NCBI GenBank assembly: GCA_020439995.1
Contig: JAGROY010000218.1
Span: 2,225-66,224 of the forward strand
DNA from: Verrucomicrobiia bacterium
GTDB lineage: Bacteria; Verrucomicrobiota; Verrucomicrobiia; Verrucomicrobiales; DEV007
Direction: 5' to 3'
Length of the DNA: 64,000 nucleotides
The translations under genes were made by a program, and so were the position numbers. Of this stretch, positions 27,852 through 38,600 are shown piece by piece (the first letter of the stretch is position 1; each line of letters begins with the position of its first letter). The notes under the pieces are model-generated. The model worked only from the letters and a program-made list of their open reading frames with translations. It did not search any database and was not told the origin of the DNA.

Positions 27852-28268
27852 TTAAGCGATGAGGATTGCAACACGGGCGAGATCTGACTGATGCCAACAA
27901 CTAGAAGAGAACGAGATCATGATTCGGACGCTACCGGATGGAGCAGCGTCGAGCTGTTGTCCACAAACGGGATCAGATAGGCTCCGGGCCCAAGTCCATC
28001 CAATAGTGCCCGCCAGATCGGGCGCCTGCTTGATCACGCAGGTTTCGTTTTCACTCGAAGTGAAACTTCCTGCTCCCCCGCAGGCAGCAATCCCCAACTC
28101 GTTGAGCGCCACGCAGCACCCCACGGCATTTTCACCTGCAAATCCGCTATCAGTAAGATCTTCACCCCCGATCGGCGTACGGCAGGCCATCAGACCCGAA
28201 CGGCCCATGCTTGCCGTGAACGACATCAATAATACGAAAGCAAATGAATAGAACATCTTCTCACACAT
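27852..28268 (-). CDS. Small Cys-rich secreted protein, hypothetical
   Basis: ATG at 28268 gives MCEKMFYSFAFVLLMSFTASMG (signal-like). There are seven further Cys in ~115 mature residues. The stop is 15 nt upstream of the 1466-aa gene start. Alternative starts exist at 28280 (TTG) and 28256 (ATG). No homology is recognisable, so coding status is moderately uncertain. Confidence 0.45.
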   Translation of the reverse strand: MCEKMFYSFAFVLLMSFTASMGRSGLMACRTPIGGEDLTDSGFAGENAVGCCVALNELGIAACGGAGSFTSSENETCVIKQAPDLAGTIGWTWARSLSDPVCGQQLDAAPSGSVRIMISFSSSCWHQSDLARVAILIA

Positions 28269-28395
28269 AGGCACAATCAAGCGTAGAAGGGGGTTCTATC
28301 TTGGCTGTTCGATAGATGACCTCACCGAAACATTCAACCCTAAAGATGCAATAAAGTTGCCAAGTTTAACTGGAACCTCGAGCTAGATCGCCATT

Positions 28396-28448
28396 CCCCC
28401 CCGTTTCAGAGCGCTCAATCGCATAGCGCTGCCCCCATTTCAGAGGGC
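28396..28448. repeat. Two direct copies of CCCCC(G/A)TTTCAGAG(C/G)GC, about 36 nt apart, flanking AGCGCT-N9-AGCGCT
   Basis: Read from sequence: 28396..28414 cccccccgtttcagagcgc, and 28432..28448 cccccatttcagagggc. They lie in the spacer between the 2.3-kaa gene stop and the Cys-rich ORF. Confidence 0.4.
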
Positions 28449-28503
28449 GACAGGCGACAATTTGAATTCCAGTTTGAGGCGATCAACCAGCTGAAGCAAT
28501 GAA

Positions 28504-31500
28504 CTACGCACGACGCACCCGCGCGTCAAGAACGCAGCCAAACAGCAATGTCACTCCAACTAACATTCCCACTACATTCCAGAGATTCGGCTCCTCAGTG
28601 CGGGTGATGGAAAAGTTGAGCTCCAATGGATCACCACCAGCGACTTGCACACTGCGGGCGAATGTGTAGATGCGGCCGTGTTCCGGCAATTGCGACTGGA
28701 TAGCTTGTGAGGCGGGCTCTGCGGCGTCCTGCTGGCTGACGATGCGATCGGCCATGCGCTTGAGGGCGCTGGTGACCTGGGCGGAGTTGCCGGCGAGCAA
28801 TTGATCCACCTGAGAGGGATCGTAGTTCAGTGTTCCGCGCATGAGCGGGTTCTGCGATGCCGATTGCTCAAACTGCTCGTTGCGCTGGAATCCGAAGTCT
28901 TCGACGCTGAAGCCGTTGTTCAGATAGGAGCGCTGCCGGATGGTATTCAATCCGACCACGGCCTGCGAATTCTGCAGCTCCCGCAGTTGCACCCGCGCAT
29001 CCTCGTTGGATGCATCATCGAGCGCGCTCGACTCCGATGCCATCTGCAGGACCGAGCGTGCTTTCTCCTGCTCGCCCTTCTTCAGGTAGGTGTTGGCACG
29101 ATTCAGCAGGTCAATCGCTTCCTTCTCCTGAACGACTTTGCGACTGCGGCGGCCTTCTTCGTACTGGGAAAGGGTGAATACCTGAATACCGGCCTGTCCT
29201 TCGACTTCCTGCAGCGATCCGTTCTTGAAATCAAACTCGAAACCTTTGGGAACGACAACGCGCCAGGAAATATTCTCCACTGGCACACCAAGTTCCGGCC
29301 CGACGAGCTTCCACTGATCGGCTGCACCACCGAGAGCCATCGACCATGTCATCCGGATATTTGCAGTCGGCGAGTCCTCACGCGCTTTCACATGAAAGCG
29401 ATAGGCGTCACCTTCGACGACGGTGTTGACGCTCTGGTCATTGACAAAAACGCTGAACAATCGCGCACCGATCGGCAACTTCATCTCCAGGGTGCTTTGC
29501 TCAACGACTTCTACGTCGAACTTCGCTTCCGTGACCGCGCTGCCGCTGGTTCCCAGCACCGTCGTGATTCGCCCCTGCTGCACACGCAGCTTCAGCGAGT
29601 CGGCAACCGCGTGGCGGCGGACACTGAGTCCTAGCGGAGCAGCAGGCTCCGAAACGCGCGTAACCAATGCAGGCACGCTCGTATCGGAAGGAGTGTGCAG
29701 CTCTTCTGGCACTGCGATCCAATCGACCGCCTGCCAGCCACCAGGAAATGCCGGGGCCAGCAAATCCAGTCGACCGGAAACGCGCACCGCCACATAGGCA
29801 GTCGATTGCCGCACTCCGTCGAGCACCGGCACCGCGATGCTTTCCGTACCATTGCCAGCGTGCTGGGATGCCGTCTGGTATTCGATCTGCACATCGGTCT
29901 CACCCAGAACACTGCGGCGGAACTGCACGTCCCACGCATTGGCAACACCTGAGACTTTGACGATTTCACTAACATCCTTCCCACTGGCACGCACGCTATT
30001 CTGTTCCTCTGCGGTCAGACCGGGCAATGTGAGCCGCACGGTTTTGACCCCAGCATTCTCGATGACGTATCGGATCGCCAGTCGCGTCTGCGTCACACCT
30101 TCGCGCAATGTCACTTCTTGCAACGAACGTGCCGTGACCCAGGAGTCGAGCTTTTCCACATCCAGCACGACTTGCCAGTCTGCCTGCAGCAATCGAAACG
30201 CCAGCGTTCCCGGCTGGTTGGCGGAAAGCTCACGACTGTCCAGCTGCGAGGCGTTCTGGCGACTCTCTGGACGGATGCGAATTCCACGCTCTGGTGTCAC
30301 TGTTAGTTGGCCAGCCTGACGCGTGGCCTCGCGCACTTGAACGCGAGGAACCGGCCAGTTGTCCTGCGCTCCCGGCGATGGCGCTGACAGCGAAATGGCG
30401 AACGTCTGGCGGCCGAGTGTGCGTCCGTTGAGATGCAGAGTGGCGACCCTTTGTCCGCCATCTTCAGTGGCCTCGGTCCAGTGACTCAATGCGCTGCCGC
30501 TCACACCTTCGATGTCGAATCCATCTGGCAACGGCAGCGTCAAGCGGAACAATCCGGCACGCGTAATGTCCACATCCAGATCAATCGCGAGCACCAGCCG
30601 TTCCTCCCCCAGCGACAAAACCTGACGCCCTTCCACCCGCACTTCCGAGTTCACCGGTGCCACGGTCAGCGCCACCGCACCGCCCTCTTCACCGTGGCGG
30701 TAGACGTTGCGCAGCGCCACCTGATCACCTGCGCCACGCTTGTCGTTGCCGAGGCTCAATGAAAAGTCGGTGATGTTCACCGGGGACAATGTCCCCGGCA
30801 CCACTGCTTCCGGTTGCGCGTCAGTGGTGAACGCCAGCCCTAGTTTCCCCACCTGACTGGCCGCGCCATTGACCGTCAGCGCCTGAAGATTCACATTGAC
30901 GGGCAAGGTTCCAGTGGTCATCTGGCTTTCAATGAGCAGCTGAAATGCGGAACTCTGCGCGGGCTCGATATCGACCGTCAACGCCCGGCTGTCCGGATCG
31001 AACCGCCACTGCCCTACGGGGCCATTCACGGAACTTACGGTAAAGCCAGTGGGCACACTCAGACTCATTCGCGAAACCTTGCCCTGCGACGGACGCACAA
31101 CAACGTGGTGGCGCGCATCGACAACGCCAGGCCCGCAGATAAAGGCATTCTGCGTCTCGGCAAAGTACCGCGTTTCCTCGGCATCGATATCACGACCTGC
31201 CAGTTGAAAAGCGATGCCCGCAGAGCGCCCTGGGCGCAGCACCAGCCGTGCAGCACTTGCCCCCTCCCCAGCTTCGATCGGTTCGATGCGAACGGCCTCA
31301 GTGGAGCTGAACCGCCAGCCTGCCTGTGCCACTTTCACTTCCACCGACTGCACCGCTGCCGCGCCAGTCGGCAGAGTCAGGCCTTGCGCGAGATCCACCG
31401 GCAGCTCGTAGGTTGCGATTCCCGTGAATGTTCCCGCACTCTCTGGCACTAACAGATACACCGCGACACCACTCACTTCGCGCTTGCGCAACTGCAGCCC

Positions 31501-34500
31501 CTGGCCTTCGAAGCTGGTCAAGGTGGCAGGCGAGCGCAGGATCTCGAACGTGTCCCCTTCCCGCGCGGTCAGCGTGATAGTGGCAGTCGCGGTCAGACGG
31601 CCATCGTTGATCTCCCACTGCTGGACGATCGAATCGGCACCGCGACTGTCCGCAGCGTGGGCCTGCTCGGTAGTCGTACCAAAACCAAGAGCTAACAGGC
31701 CCGCGATGACAATTGCGGCAGTGGCAGTGGTTCCGCTGGGCGCATCGGGAGCCTCCGGAGGCGTTGGATCCTTGGGCAGCCTCGGCCAGGTGCGCACCTG
31801 CTGGATGACTACAAGAAGCAACACGAGCCCCATCCACGCCAGAAACCAGGCTGCGCCACCGGGTTGCGTGAGCAATCCAGCGCTTACCGCAAGTAGCCCG
31901 GCCAGAGCCCAACCATTGCAGCAGGCACTAGCGCGGCGACCGGACTTTAGTCCAATCATCAACAGCACAAGACCGGCGATCACTTCCACCACACCTGTCC
32001 ATGACACCAGCGCCTTCCACAGTGGAACATTGTGCAGCGGCACGGTCAGCACTTGATCCGCACCCGTCGCCGTAAACGACACGTTAAACTCAGAAGCAAC
32101 AACGACTGGACGATCCAACTGATCGAACGCCAACAACCCTGCTCCACCCATCGCCAGCACGAGCACTAGAAAACCGAGAATGTGCCGCACACCATTTGGC
32201 CGGGCATTCCGCTGCAGCAGAAACGCAACCAGCACGCCAAAGGAAATGAGCACGATCGTGGGCAGCAATCGGCGACCTGTCAGCGCGGTGTAACCCGACT
32301 TGGGTAAAGGTGAACGACCAATGCTGAGACCTGCGGATTCATCCGGCAGCAATCGCCGACCCTCGTCCGCTTTGACATGCCACTCGGCGATCAACCCCGG
32401 CGCATCCACTGCCGGCGACAGCAACACTGGCATCTCGTTGTCCGATGACTTGTGCCCGATGCGGATTGCAACCTCGACCGCTGAGCCAGGATCGGCAGCA
32501 GTGCCCGCACTTGAGGAAATCGGAATCAAAAGGTAGCTGCCACTGGCTCCATTGGCAGTGTTCGCCTCGGTCTCAATGCGCACACTCACCGTCTGGCCGT
32601 TCACTTTTGCATCCCACAGCCGGACACCATCGGGCAGGCGTACGCGCAGCGTCTGTCCCTGGCGGGTCTTCACAAAGTAGCGCGCGGTAGTGATGATTTC
32701 GCCATCTCGGGCGATCTGGCTGTCGAGCCGGGCAAATTCAACAATTTGCCCCACTGTTTCTCCGCGCTCGAACCATGCCACATTCATCGATAACGTAAAC
32801 GGACGCGCCGAATATTGATATGCAGCAAGGGTAGGCGCACTGCTCAACAGCCGGGTTTCCGCTGGCAGCTCGATCGCATCGAGTTTGAGCAATCCGGGGG
32901 ACGCAGTCGTCACTTCATATTTCACATGCGATGGACTGACGACCTGAATGTAGCCGCGTTCGCCCTGCACACCGGTTGGTTGCACACCACCAAGCGGTAG
33001 CACGCCACCGTCGGCATTCATCGGAAGTTCGAAGGTGACGAGCACAGTCGACTGCCCGAGCACCGGTTGGTGCAGATCGACGATCACTTCGTCAGCTTCC
33101 CTGCGCCAGCCCTGCACATCACTGCCGTCGACCGCCAGGTTGCCGATGTCTGTTGGCACGTTGAGTCGATACTGCGAAACGGGCGATCCAACGATGAAGT
33201 AGTCGACGACGATGCTGCCATAGACGATTCCTTCCTTGAGCAGATAGAGATGAAAAACGTCCGTCTGCACGTTCTGCCCCAGCGCTTCCATGGTGACGCT
33301 GGCGGTCCAGTCAGCCTCGCGCACGCGGTATGCCAGTTGCAGGCCATTGACGCGGTTCTGGAAGCTTGTTAGAGGAAGCTCCGAGAGATTCGTTATGGCT
33401 GCCGGATCTGGAACCGCGCGAAATCCTGGCGCAGGAGCCACACCGATCTGCCCACGTACCGATTTTGCACCAGGGAATGCCAGTGGCGGCAACACTTGCA
33501 AGCCCGCAGCGGCTGGCGTGTTCTGCTCAAGCCGAAGCTGGATCAGCTGTCGACCAGACACTTCATTGCGGAACAGGACTTTCAGGTTTCGAGCACCCGC
33601 CTCCACCAGCGAATCCAGCGCATAGTCGGCCACTTCCGCGCCCGTCACTTCCACCACCGAGTAGCCATCTGGAATCCGCAGTGTCCAGTCGCGCAATGGT
33701 GCTTCGCGGATATCGAGTTCGATTTGTGAGCTGAGGATACGATCCGTTTCGGTAACCTGATAGACAGTTACCTGCGACACGCCGACCTCGGGCAGAATCT
33801 GATCGGCGAGGACTTCGAATGCATAGGCAGCACCGGGGAATCGGTAGGCGAGCACCTGCCGCGCGGCCTGCAAGGCTTCACCCGGAAACTGCTCTGGCGC
33901 AGTCTGACTCATGCCCTGCACTCCTGCGAGATCGATGCGAACGGCACCACCATTCGACAGACGCACGTATCCTGAGTGGCGCACCGATCCCTCGGGCGTC
34001 AGGCGCAGTGCTGCCACGCGTGCGGGGAATTCTCCAAGCGGCGTCTGGCTGCGAACAATGAGTCGGCCTGCCTTTTCGAGAGGCCGACTCAGGCGAATCG
34101 AAATCGTACGCGCGCCATCGGCAGCGTCGGCAATTTCCCAGCCAGTGACATTCGTTCCCTCGACGCTCACAATTTCGCCCGGCCCCTCGGCGGTAAGCGT
34201 CACCTCCGGCAACTCGCCCTGCAGGACGGTCAATGTTATGTCGGCCACCTGCCGCAGCAGTCCGGCCTCGACCCGTGCATCGATCCTGCCCTCAGTGCTG
34301 AAGAACAATTTTCCGGCGTCCGATTCTCCCAGTGGCTTCCACGCCAGGCGGCAGCTGCCATTCGCGGGAAGGAATCCCTGCCACTTGCCATCACGCAAGG
34401 TGGGGACGACAGCGCTCTTTTTGTCGAATTCTACCTGCTCACCCAAACCAGCAACGGCAACCGGCACGATCGTTCCGGCCCCTACCTGAAAATCAACGCC

Positions 34501-35493
34501 CCGCCATTCGTTCGATGTCAGCACTGCTGCAGCGAGTGGAATTTCAAAGGTGAACTCGCCAGCGGAGGCAAACGCCAACTCGTAGGCGTCACCGTTCAGC
34601 GCGATGTGGAATCCTTCGAAGTTCAGGACTTCTGTGAGAGCCGCGCGACCGCTGAGCACTCGCACGCGACCACCTGACTCAGGAGTCACAATCGCTTTGC
34701 CCTTCAAGGTGAACAACGATGATTTCAATGCTGTATCGACAGTGCCTTCGAGTGATACATCGACCAGTTCCACTGGCGCGCGCATCGTTCCACTGCGCAG
34801 CACCGACAGGATAAGGGTGGCATCGCCAGTGGATTGAAACTGCAACTTGCCGTCGCCTGCATCGGCATTGGCAACATGAGCAACCGGGAAAAGCCCATCG
34901 GCGCGGACGGCTTTCACTTCAACCGCGAGATCGCTCTGCACATTGATCGCCGACGAATAGGCGACAGCCTCGCCAGCACCCAGCATGAGAACGTTCGTCT
35001 CTGCGGCAGGCACTTCGATCTTGTTCTCTGTGGCAACATTGAATGCGACATCGCCAGTGGTGCCGGGCTTCAATCGCACTTCCAGGAATCGAGCGTCGCC
35101 TTCCCGACGCTCGGCCCATGCCGTAATCGCTTCACCAGTGACATTGCTCACGACTCCGGAACCGGTGAGCGTGAACAGAAGCACCTCGGGCTTTCCCTGG
35201 AGAATGGAACACGTCACCGCAATGCCCTGCTGCACAGAGCTGGCATCCACACGCACAGTTGTTTCCGCATGGGCTTTGTAGAGGGCCTTCGTCTTCGGTT
35301 GTACACCCGTGGCCTCGATGATGAGCTTCCCGCCGCTCTCGCCACCCACAGTGGCGGTAACACTGGCTTCGTCCGCCTCGGAAGTGGAACCATCATCGTT
35401 CTGGGCATAGATCAGACTCCCTGACATTGCCACCACCCACAGCGATAGCAGTATCGCGATCATCATTCTCGTCGTTGTTCGTTTTGTATTCAT
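28504..35493 (-). CDS. Giant polytopic membrane protein (~2329 aa): signal/anchor + ~1050-aa extracytoplasmic arm + 6-TM hub + ~1030-aa extracytoplasmic arm + terminal TM
   Basis: The track ORF reaches 35598. I start at ATG 35493 (MNTKRTTTRMMIAILLSLWVVAMSGSLIYAQ).
- The hub is encoded at ~31680..32280 and has six TM helices: LLPTIVLISFGVLVAFLL, ILGFLVLVLAMGGAGLLAF, WTGVVEVIAGLVLLMIGL, WALAGLLAVSAGLLT, AAWFLAWMGLVLLLVVIQ, TATAAIVIAGLLALGF. The loops obey the positive-inside rule.
- A last TM (LWNVVGMLVGVTLLFGCVL) sits at ~28534..28590.
- Both arms contain recurring strand-rich modules ending in a pattern like (L/V)x(L/I)P-x-G-(F/Y)-x-(V/I)-x-x-V-x-G-x-x-x-x-x-W, e.g. DWTLRIPDGYSVVEVTGAEVADYAL and FRLTLPLPDGFDIEGVSGSALSHWTE.
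- I do not recognise the family. Confidence 0.8.
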   Translation of the reverse strand: MNTKRTTTRMMIAILLSLWVVAMSGSLIYAQNDDGSTSEADEASVTATVGGESGGKLIIEATGVQPKTKALYKAHAETTVRVDASSVQQGIAVTCSILQGKPEVLLFTLTGSGVVSNVTGEAITAWAERREGDARFLEVRLKPGTTGDVAFNVATENKIEVPAAETNVLMLGAGEAVAYSSAINVQSDLAVEVKAVRADGLFPVAHVANADAGDGKLQFQSTGDATLILSVLRSGTMRAPVELVDVSLEGTVDTALKSSLFTLKGKAIVTPESGGRVRVLSGRAALTEVLNFEGFHIALNGDAYELAFASAGEFTFEIPLAAAVLTSNEWRGVDFQVGAGTIVPVAVAGLGEQVEFDKKSAVVPTLRDGKWQGFLPANGSCRLAWKPLGESDAGKLFFSTEGRIDARVEAGLLRQVADITLTVLQGELPEVTLTAEGPGEIVSVEGTNVTGWEIADAADGARTISIRLSRPLEKAGRLIVRSQTPLGEFPARVAALRLTPEGSVRHSGYVRLSNGGAVRIDLAGVQGMSQTAPEQFPGEALQAARQVLAYRFPGAAYAFEVLADQILPEVGVSQVTVYQVTETDRILSSQIELDIREAPLRDWTLRIPDGYSVVEVTGAEVADYALDSLVEAGARNLKVLFRNEVSGRQLIQLRLEQNTPAAAGLQVLPPLAFPGAKSVRGQIGVAPAPGFRAVPDPAAITNLSELPLTSFQNRVNGLQLAYRVREADWTASVTMEALGQNVQTDVFHLYLLKEGIVYGSIVVDYFIVGSPVSQYRLNVPTDIGNLAVDGSDVQGWRREADEVIVDLHQPVLGQSTVLVTFELPMNADGGVLPLGGVQPTGVQGERGYIQVVSPSHVKYEVTTASPGLLKLDAIELPAETRLLSSAPTLAAYQYSARPFTLSMNVAWFERGETVGQIVEFARLDSQIARDGEIITTARYFVKTRQGQTLRVRLPDGVRLWDAKVNGQTVSVRIETEANTANGASGSYLLIPISSSAGTAADPGSAVEVAIRIGHKSSDNEMPVLLSPAVDAPGLIAEWHVKADEGRRLLPDESAGLSIGRSPLPKSGYTALTGRRLLPTIVLISFGVLVAFLLQRNARPNGVRHILGFLVLVLAMGGAGLLAFDQLDRPVVVASEFNVSFTATGADQVLTVPLHNVPLWKALVSWTGVVEVIAGLVLLMIGLKSGRRASACCNGWALAGLLAVSAGLLTQPGGAAWFLAWMGLVLLLVVIQQVRTWPRLPKDPTPPEAPDAPSGTTATAAIVIAGLLALGFGTTTEQAHAADSRGADSIVQQWEINDGRLTATATITLTAREGDTFEILRSPATLTSFEGQGLQLRKREVSGVAVYLLVPESAGTFTGIATYELPVDLAQGLTLPTGAAAVQSVEVKVAQAGWRFSSTEAVRIEPIEAGEGASAARLVLRPGRSAGIAFQLAGRDIDAEETRYFAETQNAFICGPGVVDARHHVVVRPSQGKVSRMSLSVPTGFTVSSVNGPVGQWRFDPDSRALTVDIEPAQSSAFQLLIESQMTTGTLPVNVNLQALTVNGAASQVGKLGLAFTTDAQPEAVVPGTLSPVNITDFSLSLGNDKRGAGDQVALRNVYRHGEEGGAVALTVAPVNSEVRVEGRQVLSLGEERLVLAIDLDVDITRAGLFRLTLPLPDGFDIEGVSGSALSHWTEATEDGGQRVATLHLNGRTLGRQTFAISLSAPSPGAQDNWPVPRVQVREATRQAGQLTVTPERGIRIRPESRQNASQLDSRELSANQPGTLAFRLLQADWQVVLDVEKLDSWVTARSLQEVTLREGVTQTRLAIRYVIENAGVKTVRLTLPGLTAEEQNSVRASGKDVSEIVKVSGVANAWDVQFRRSVLGETDVQIEYQTASQHAGNGTESIAVPVLDGVRQSTAYVAVRVSGRLDLLAPAFPGGWQAVDWIAVPEELHTPSDTSVPALVTRVSEPAAPLGLSVRRHAVADSLKLRVQQGRITTVLGTSGSAVTEAKFDVEVVEQSTLEMKLPIGARLFSVFVNDQSVNTVVEGDAYRFHVKAREDSPTANIRMTWSMALGGAADQWKLVGPELGVPVENISWRVVVPKGFEFDFKNGSLQEVEGQAGIQVFTLSQYEEGRRSRKVVQEKEAIDLLNRANTYLKKGEQEKARSVLQMASESSALDDASNEDARVQLRELQNSQAVVGLNTIRQRSYLNNGFSVEDFGFQRNEQFEQSASQNPLMRGTLNYDPSQVDQLLAGNSAQVTSALKRMADRIVSQQDAAEPASQAIQSQLPEHGRIYTFARSVQVAGGDPLELNFSITRTEEPNLWNVVGMLVGVTLLFGCVLDARVRRA

Positions 35494-35625
35494 AACATTC
35501 GTATAAAGTTCTTTAAAATCTGGAGTGCGCTGGCTCGACAGCGCTCTTTCGTGACTGCACGCGTTTCGGTTAGAAAAAGCTCCGTCAAGCCGGAGCACTC
35601 CAGAGCCTGGGCACTCCTTCAGTCA

Positions 35626-38600
35626 TCACTTTGCCATTTGCGCGTCACGGATCATTCCGATCAGCTGGTTCACTCTCACATTGTCACCATAGGCACTGCG
35701 CAGCCCCGGTGCCAGACTACTCAACGCATCCAGATCCACATTCGATGCCTCGGGCCCACCGCGCAGGTATTCTCCAAGCATCGCCGCGACTCCGGCGAGC
35801 TGGATCGATGGCTTTGCGACTTCGATCGTTGGCGCATTCTCTTCGTAGGGGATGATCCAACTGTGCTCCACCATCCGCCCGGAAGCGACATCCTGGAAGC
35901 GCACGCGCACTTCGCCTACATCGCCGGAGCCATCGGCCATCGGCTCGATCTGGTAGACGGCGACTCCCGTTTCCTCGGCTGCCATTTCTGCAGCGTCTAC
36001 TGCGTCATTGCGGAAATCTTCTTTTTTCAGTCGATGTTTCTCATAGCCGATCAGGCGATAAGCGCCGACCCGCTGGGGGTTGAAGACGACCTGGACTTTC
36101 ACGTTCTTCGCCGCTGGCCGCAGTGCGCCTGCCAGCTGCGAAGCAAACCCGGAGTCCGCCTGCTCCGGGGCATCGAGAAAGTAGTATCGTCCGTCACCCT
36201 TACGGGTCAGCGCTTCCAGCACCTCATCATTCAACCCATTCGCGCCGACACCACAGGCATCAAACGCGATTCCCTTCTGCCGCAACTCCACCACCCGCGT
36301 CGCAAGTTCTTCCGGATCTGCATTGCCCAGATTTGCTGCCCCATCGGTCATCAGCACGATGCGATTGACCGCGCCGTCGTCGAACTGACGCTGAGCCACT
36401 TCTGCTGCCAGGCGCATTGCCTCTTCCAGATTCGTGCCGCCTTCGGACGGCGCATCATCCACTGCGGCGAGCAATTTGGCACCGTCACTGCCACTCACAC
36501 GATCGGCCAGCAAGCGTGGTGTGCGCGCAAATCCTAACAACGACACCTGATCGTTCGGCTGCAACTGCGCTGCCAGCACCTCCATTGCCCGGCGCACCGA
36601 CGCCTCACGGTCTTCGCGCTGCATCGATCCCGAATTGTCCAGCAGGATGGTTAACCGCAATGGCTGACCACCCCCGCGCCCAACCGCTGCCGTGCGCATC
36701 GCAATCCGCAATAGATTGCGCTGCTGCATGAAAGGATGCGCGCACTGCTCGGTGCGACACATCACCTTCTCCCCCGTCGCTGGCGCAGGATCGCCATAGT
36801 CCAGAGCATTCACAAATTCCTCCACCCGCACCTTCTCCGGCTCCGGCCACTCCCCTTTCATCAGCGCCGACTGCGCAAGCTTGAAAGCGACATCACTTAC
36901 GTTCAAGGAGAAGGTGGAGAAGGCGTTAGTGGACGCGAGTTCTTCGGTGGTGGTGACCGGGGCAAACTCTGGACTTATTTCGCCAACATCGTCAAGATTA
37001 TCGCGTTCCTTGAGAGCCTTCAATCTCCCGTTGGCAGCGCGTAATTGTATTCTCGTTTGCTTCAGATAGTCCGCAGCATATTCGTTGAGCCTCTCTCTAG
37101 TTGCGGCCATTCCTTCGGTCACTTGTTGGGTCGCCTGAGGTTGCGGCACCCGTTCTTGATACAATCTGATGTCGTTCTGTAAGAACGGATTTGATTGAGG
37201 CGCAACCTCCAGTACCTTTTCGATTAAGGCATCGCCACGAAGAGCCTCCAGTGTTTCCAATTGAGCAGCTAGGTTTTCTACATCAGCTCGCAGTCGATCT
37301 TCGGTGGCATCGGCAGGTAGATTGGTTGGATCCAATGCAGCCATCACCATTTCTTCCCCCAAAGCTCGTAGATTGCGATCACTCTTCTCAACCTCCGCTC
37401 TCCACATTTTTTCCGTTGTATTCCTGTATTCTGGAATCAACGACTCTCTAAGCGCACGCACCGCAGGATCTGCCGAACTATCGGGAAGTAACCGTAACAC
37501 GGTTGCGTATTTTTCAAGCGCAGATTGCCAGTCTTGATTCAGGATGGCTTCTTTTGCTGCCAATTCAAGCGTCCTTGCCTCTCTCAGCCTCTGTTCGCTA
37601 GTGCGAGATTCTGGCTGAGACTTGGCATGGTCACTATTCTCGCGAAATACCTCATAGTTCGAAACTACTGTACCCGGAATACTTCCATTTGTTTGAGCAC
37701 TATCCCGCTCTTGACGTGCAAGATGAAGTCGTACCATCTCTCGGTCGAGCTTTGTATTTGATTTGAAATTTGCCTCCAGCGCCTCTTTGAATCTATCCAA
37801 CTTTATCTTTATGTCTGCCTTTCCATCGACCACTGTCTCAAGCTCCCTCTCCAAATTAGACACTTCCTGCTCGGCCTGCAGTCGGCTCATTACGGTACCT
37901 GCAGCAAACTGCCTTGATCCCGTTTCCGTCGTATCGGAATCGACCACATTGGAACTAAGATCGACGATGTCGAATTCCTGTTGCAGCGCCTCCTTCTCCT
38001 TTCCGGTGACATCTACGCGCTCTTCCAGCTCTTCCAGTTCAGCTAGCATTTCCTGGGATGGGGCTTCAGGCCCGTCCACAGCAGCGGTAGCGACCGCACT
38101 TAACATGTCGTCGTGGAGGAGCTTAGCTGTCTCATGAGCACGCTTCGCTTCAACATATCGCGTGAATGCTTTTCGTTCTTCTTTTGGGTCACGCTCTTGC
38201 CATTTCTTCGCTTCGTCTCCTTCCGATGAATTTAATGGGAATGCTGCATTCGTTTCTGCGAGCTCAAGAGCATCCTTGCCGACTTCCCCCCTCGCCTCCT
38301 CAAGCACACTCTGTTGCTCGCCGAATCGTGGTTCGGTCTCTGGCTGAAGGATTGCTGCGCCGTCTGGAGCATTGCCAACGCCAGTATCGAAATCACCCGT
38401 GACGCTCCCCCCTCGACCAAAAGCGGATAGTTTGGCTTTCAGCTGCTCCAGGCTCCCAGACTCATCGGCAACGAGAGACTCTGCGATACGTCCTCCCGCA
38501 AGATCCACCGGCTCTCCAGCGACTTCCTCTCCAAGAGCGGCACCGTCGGGAGCTGCGCCCAGGCCAGCTGAATCAAAGTTCGTCGTGGCGTTGTCGATCA

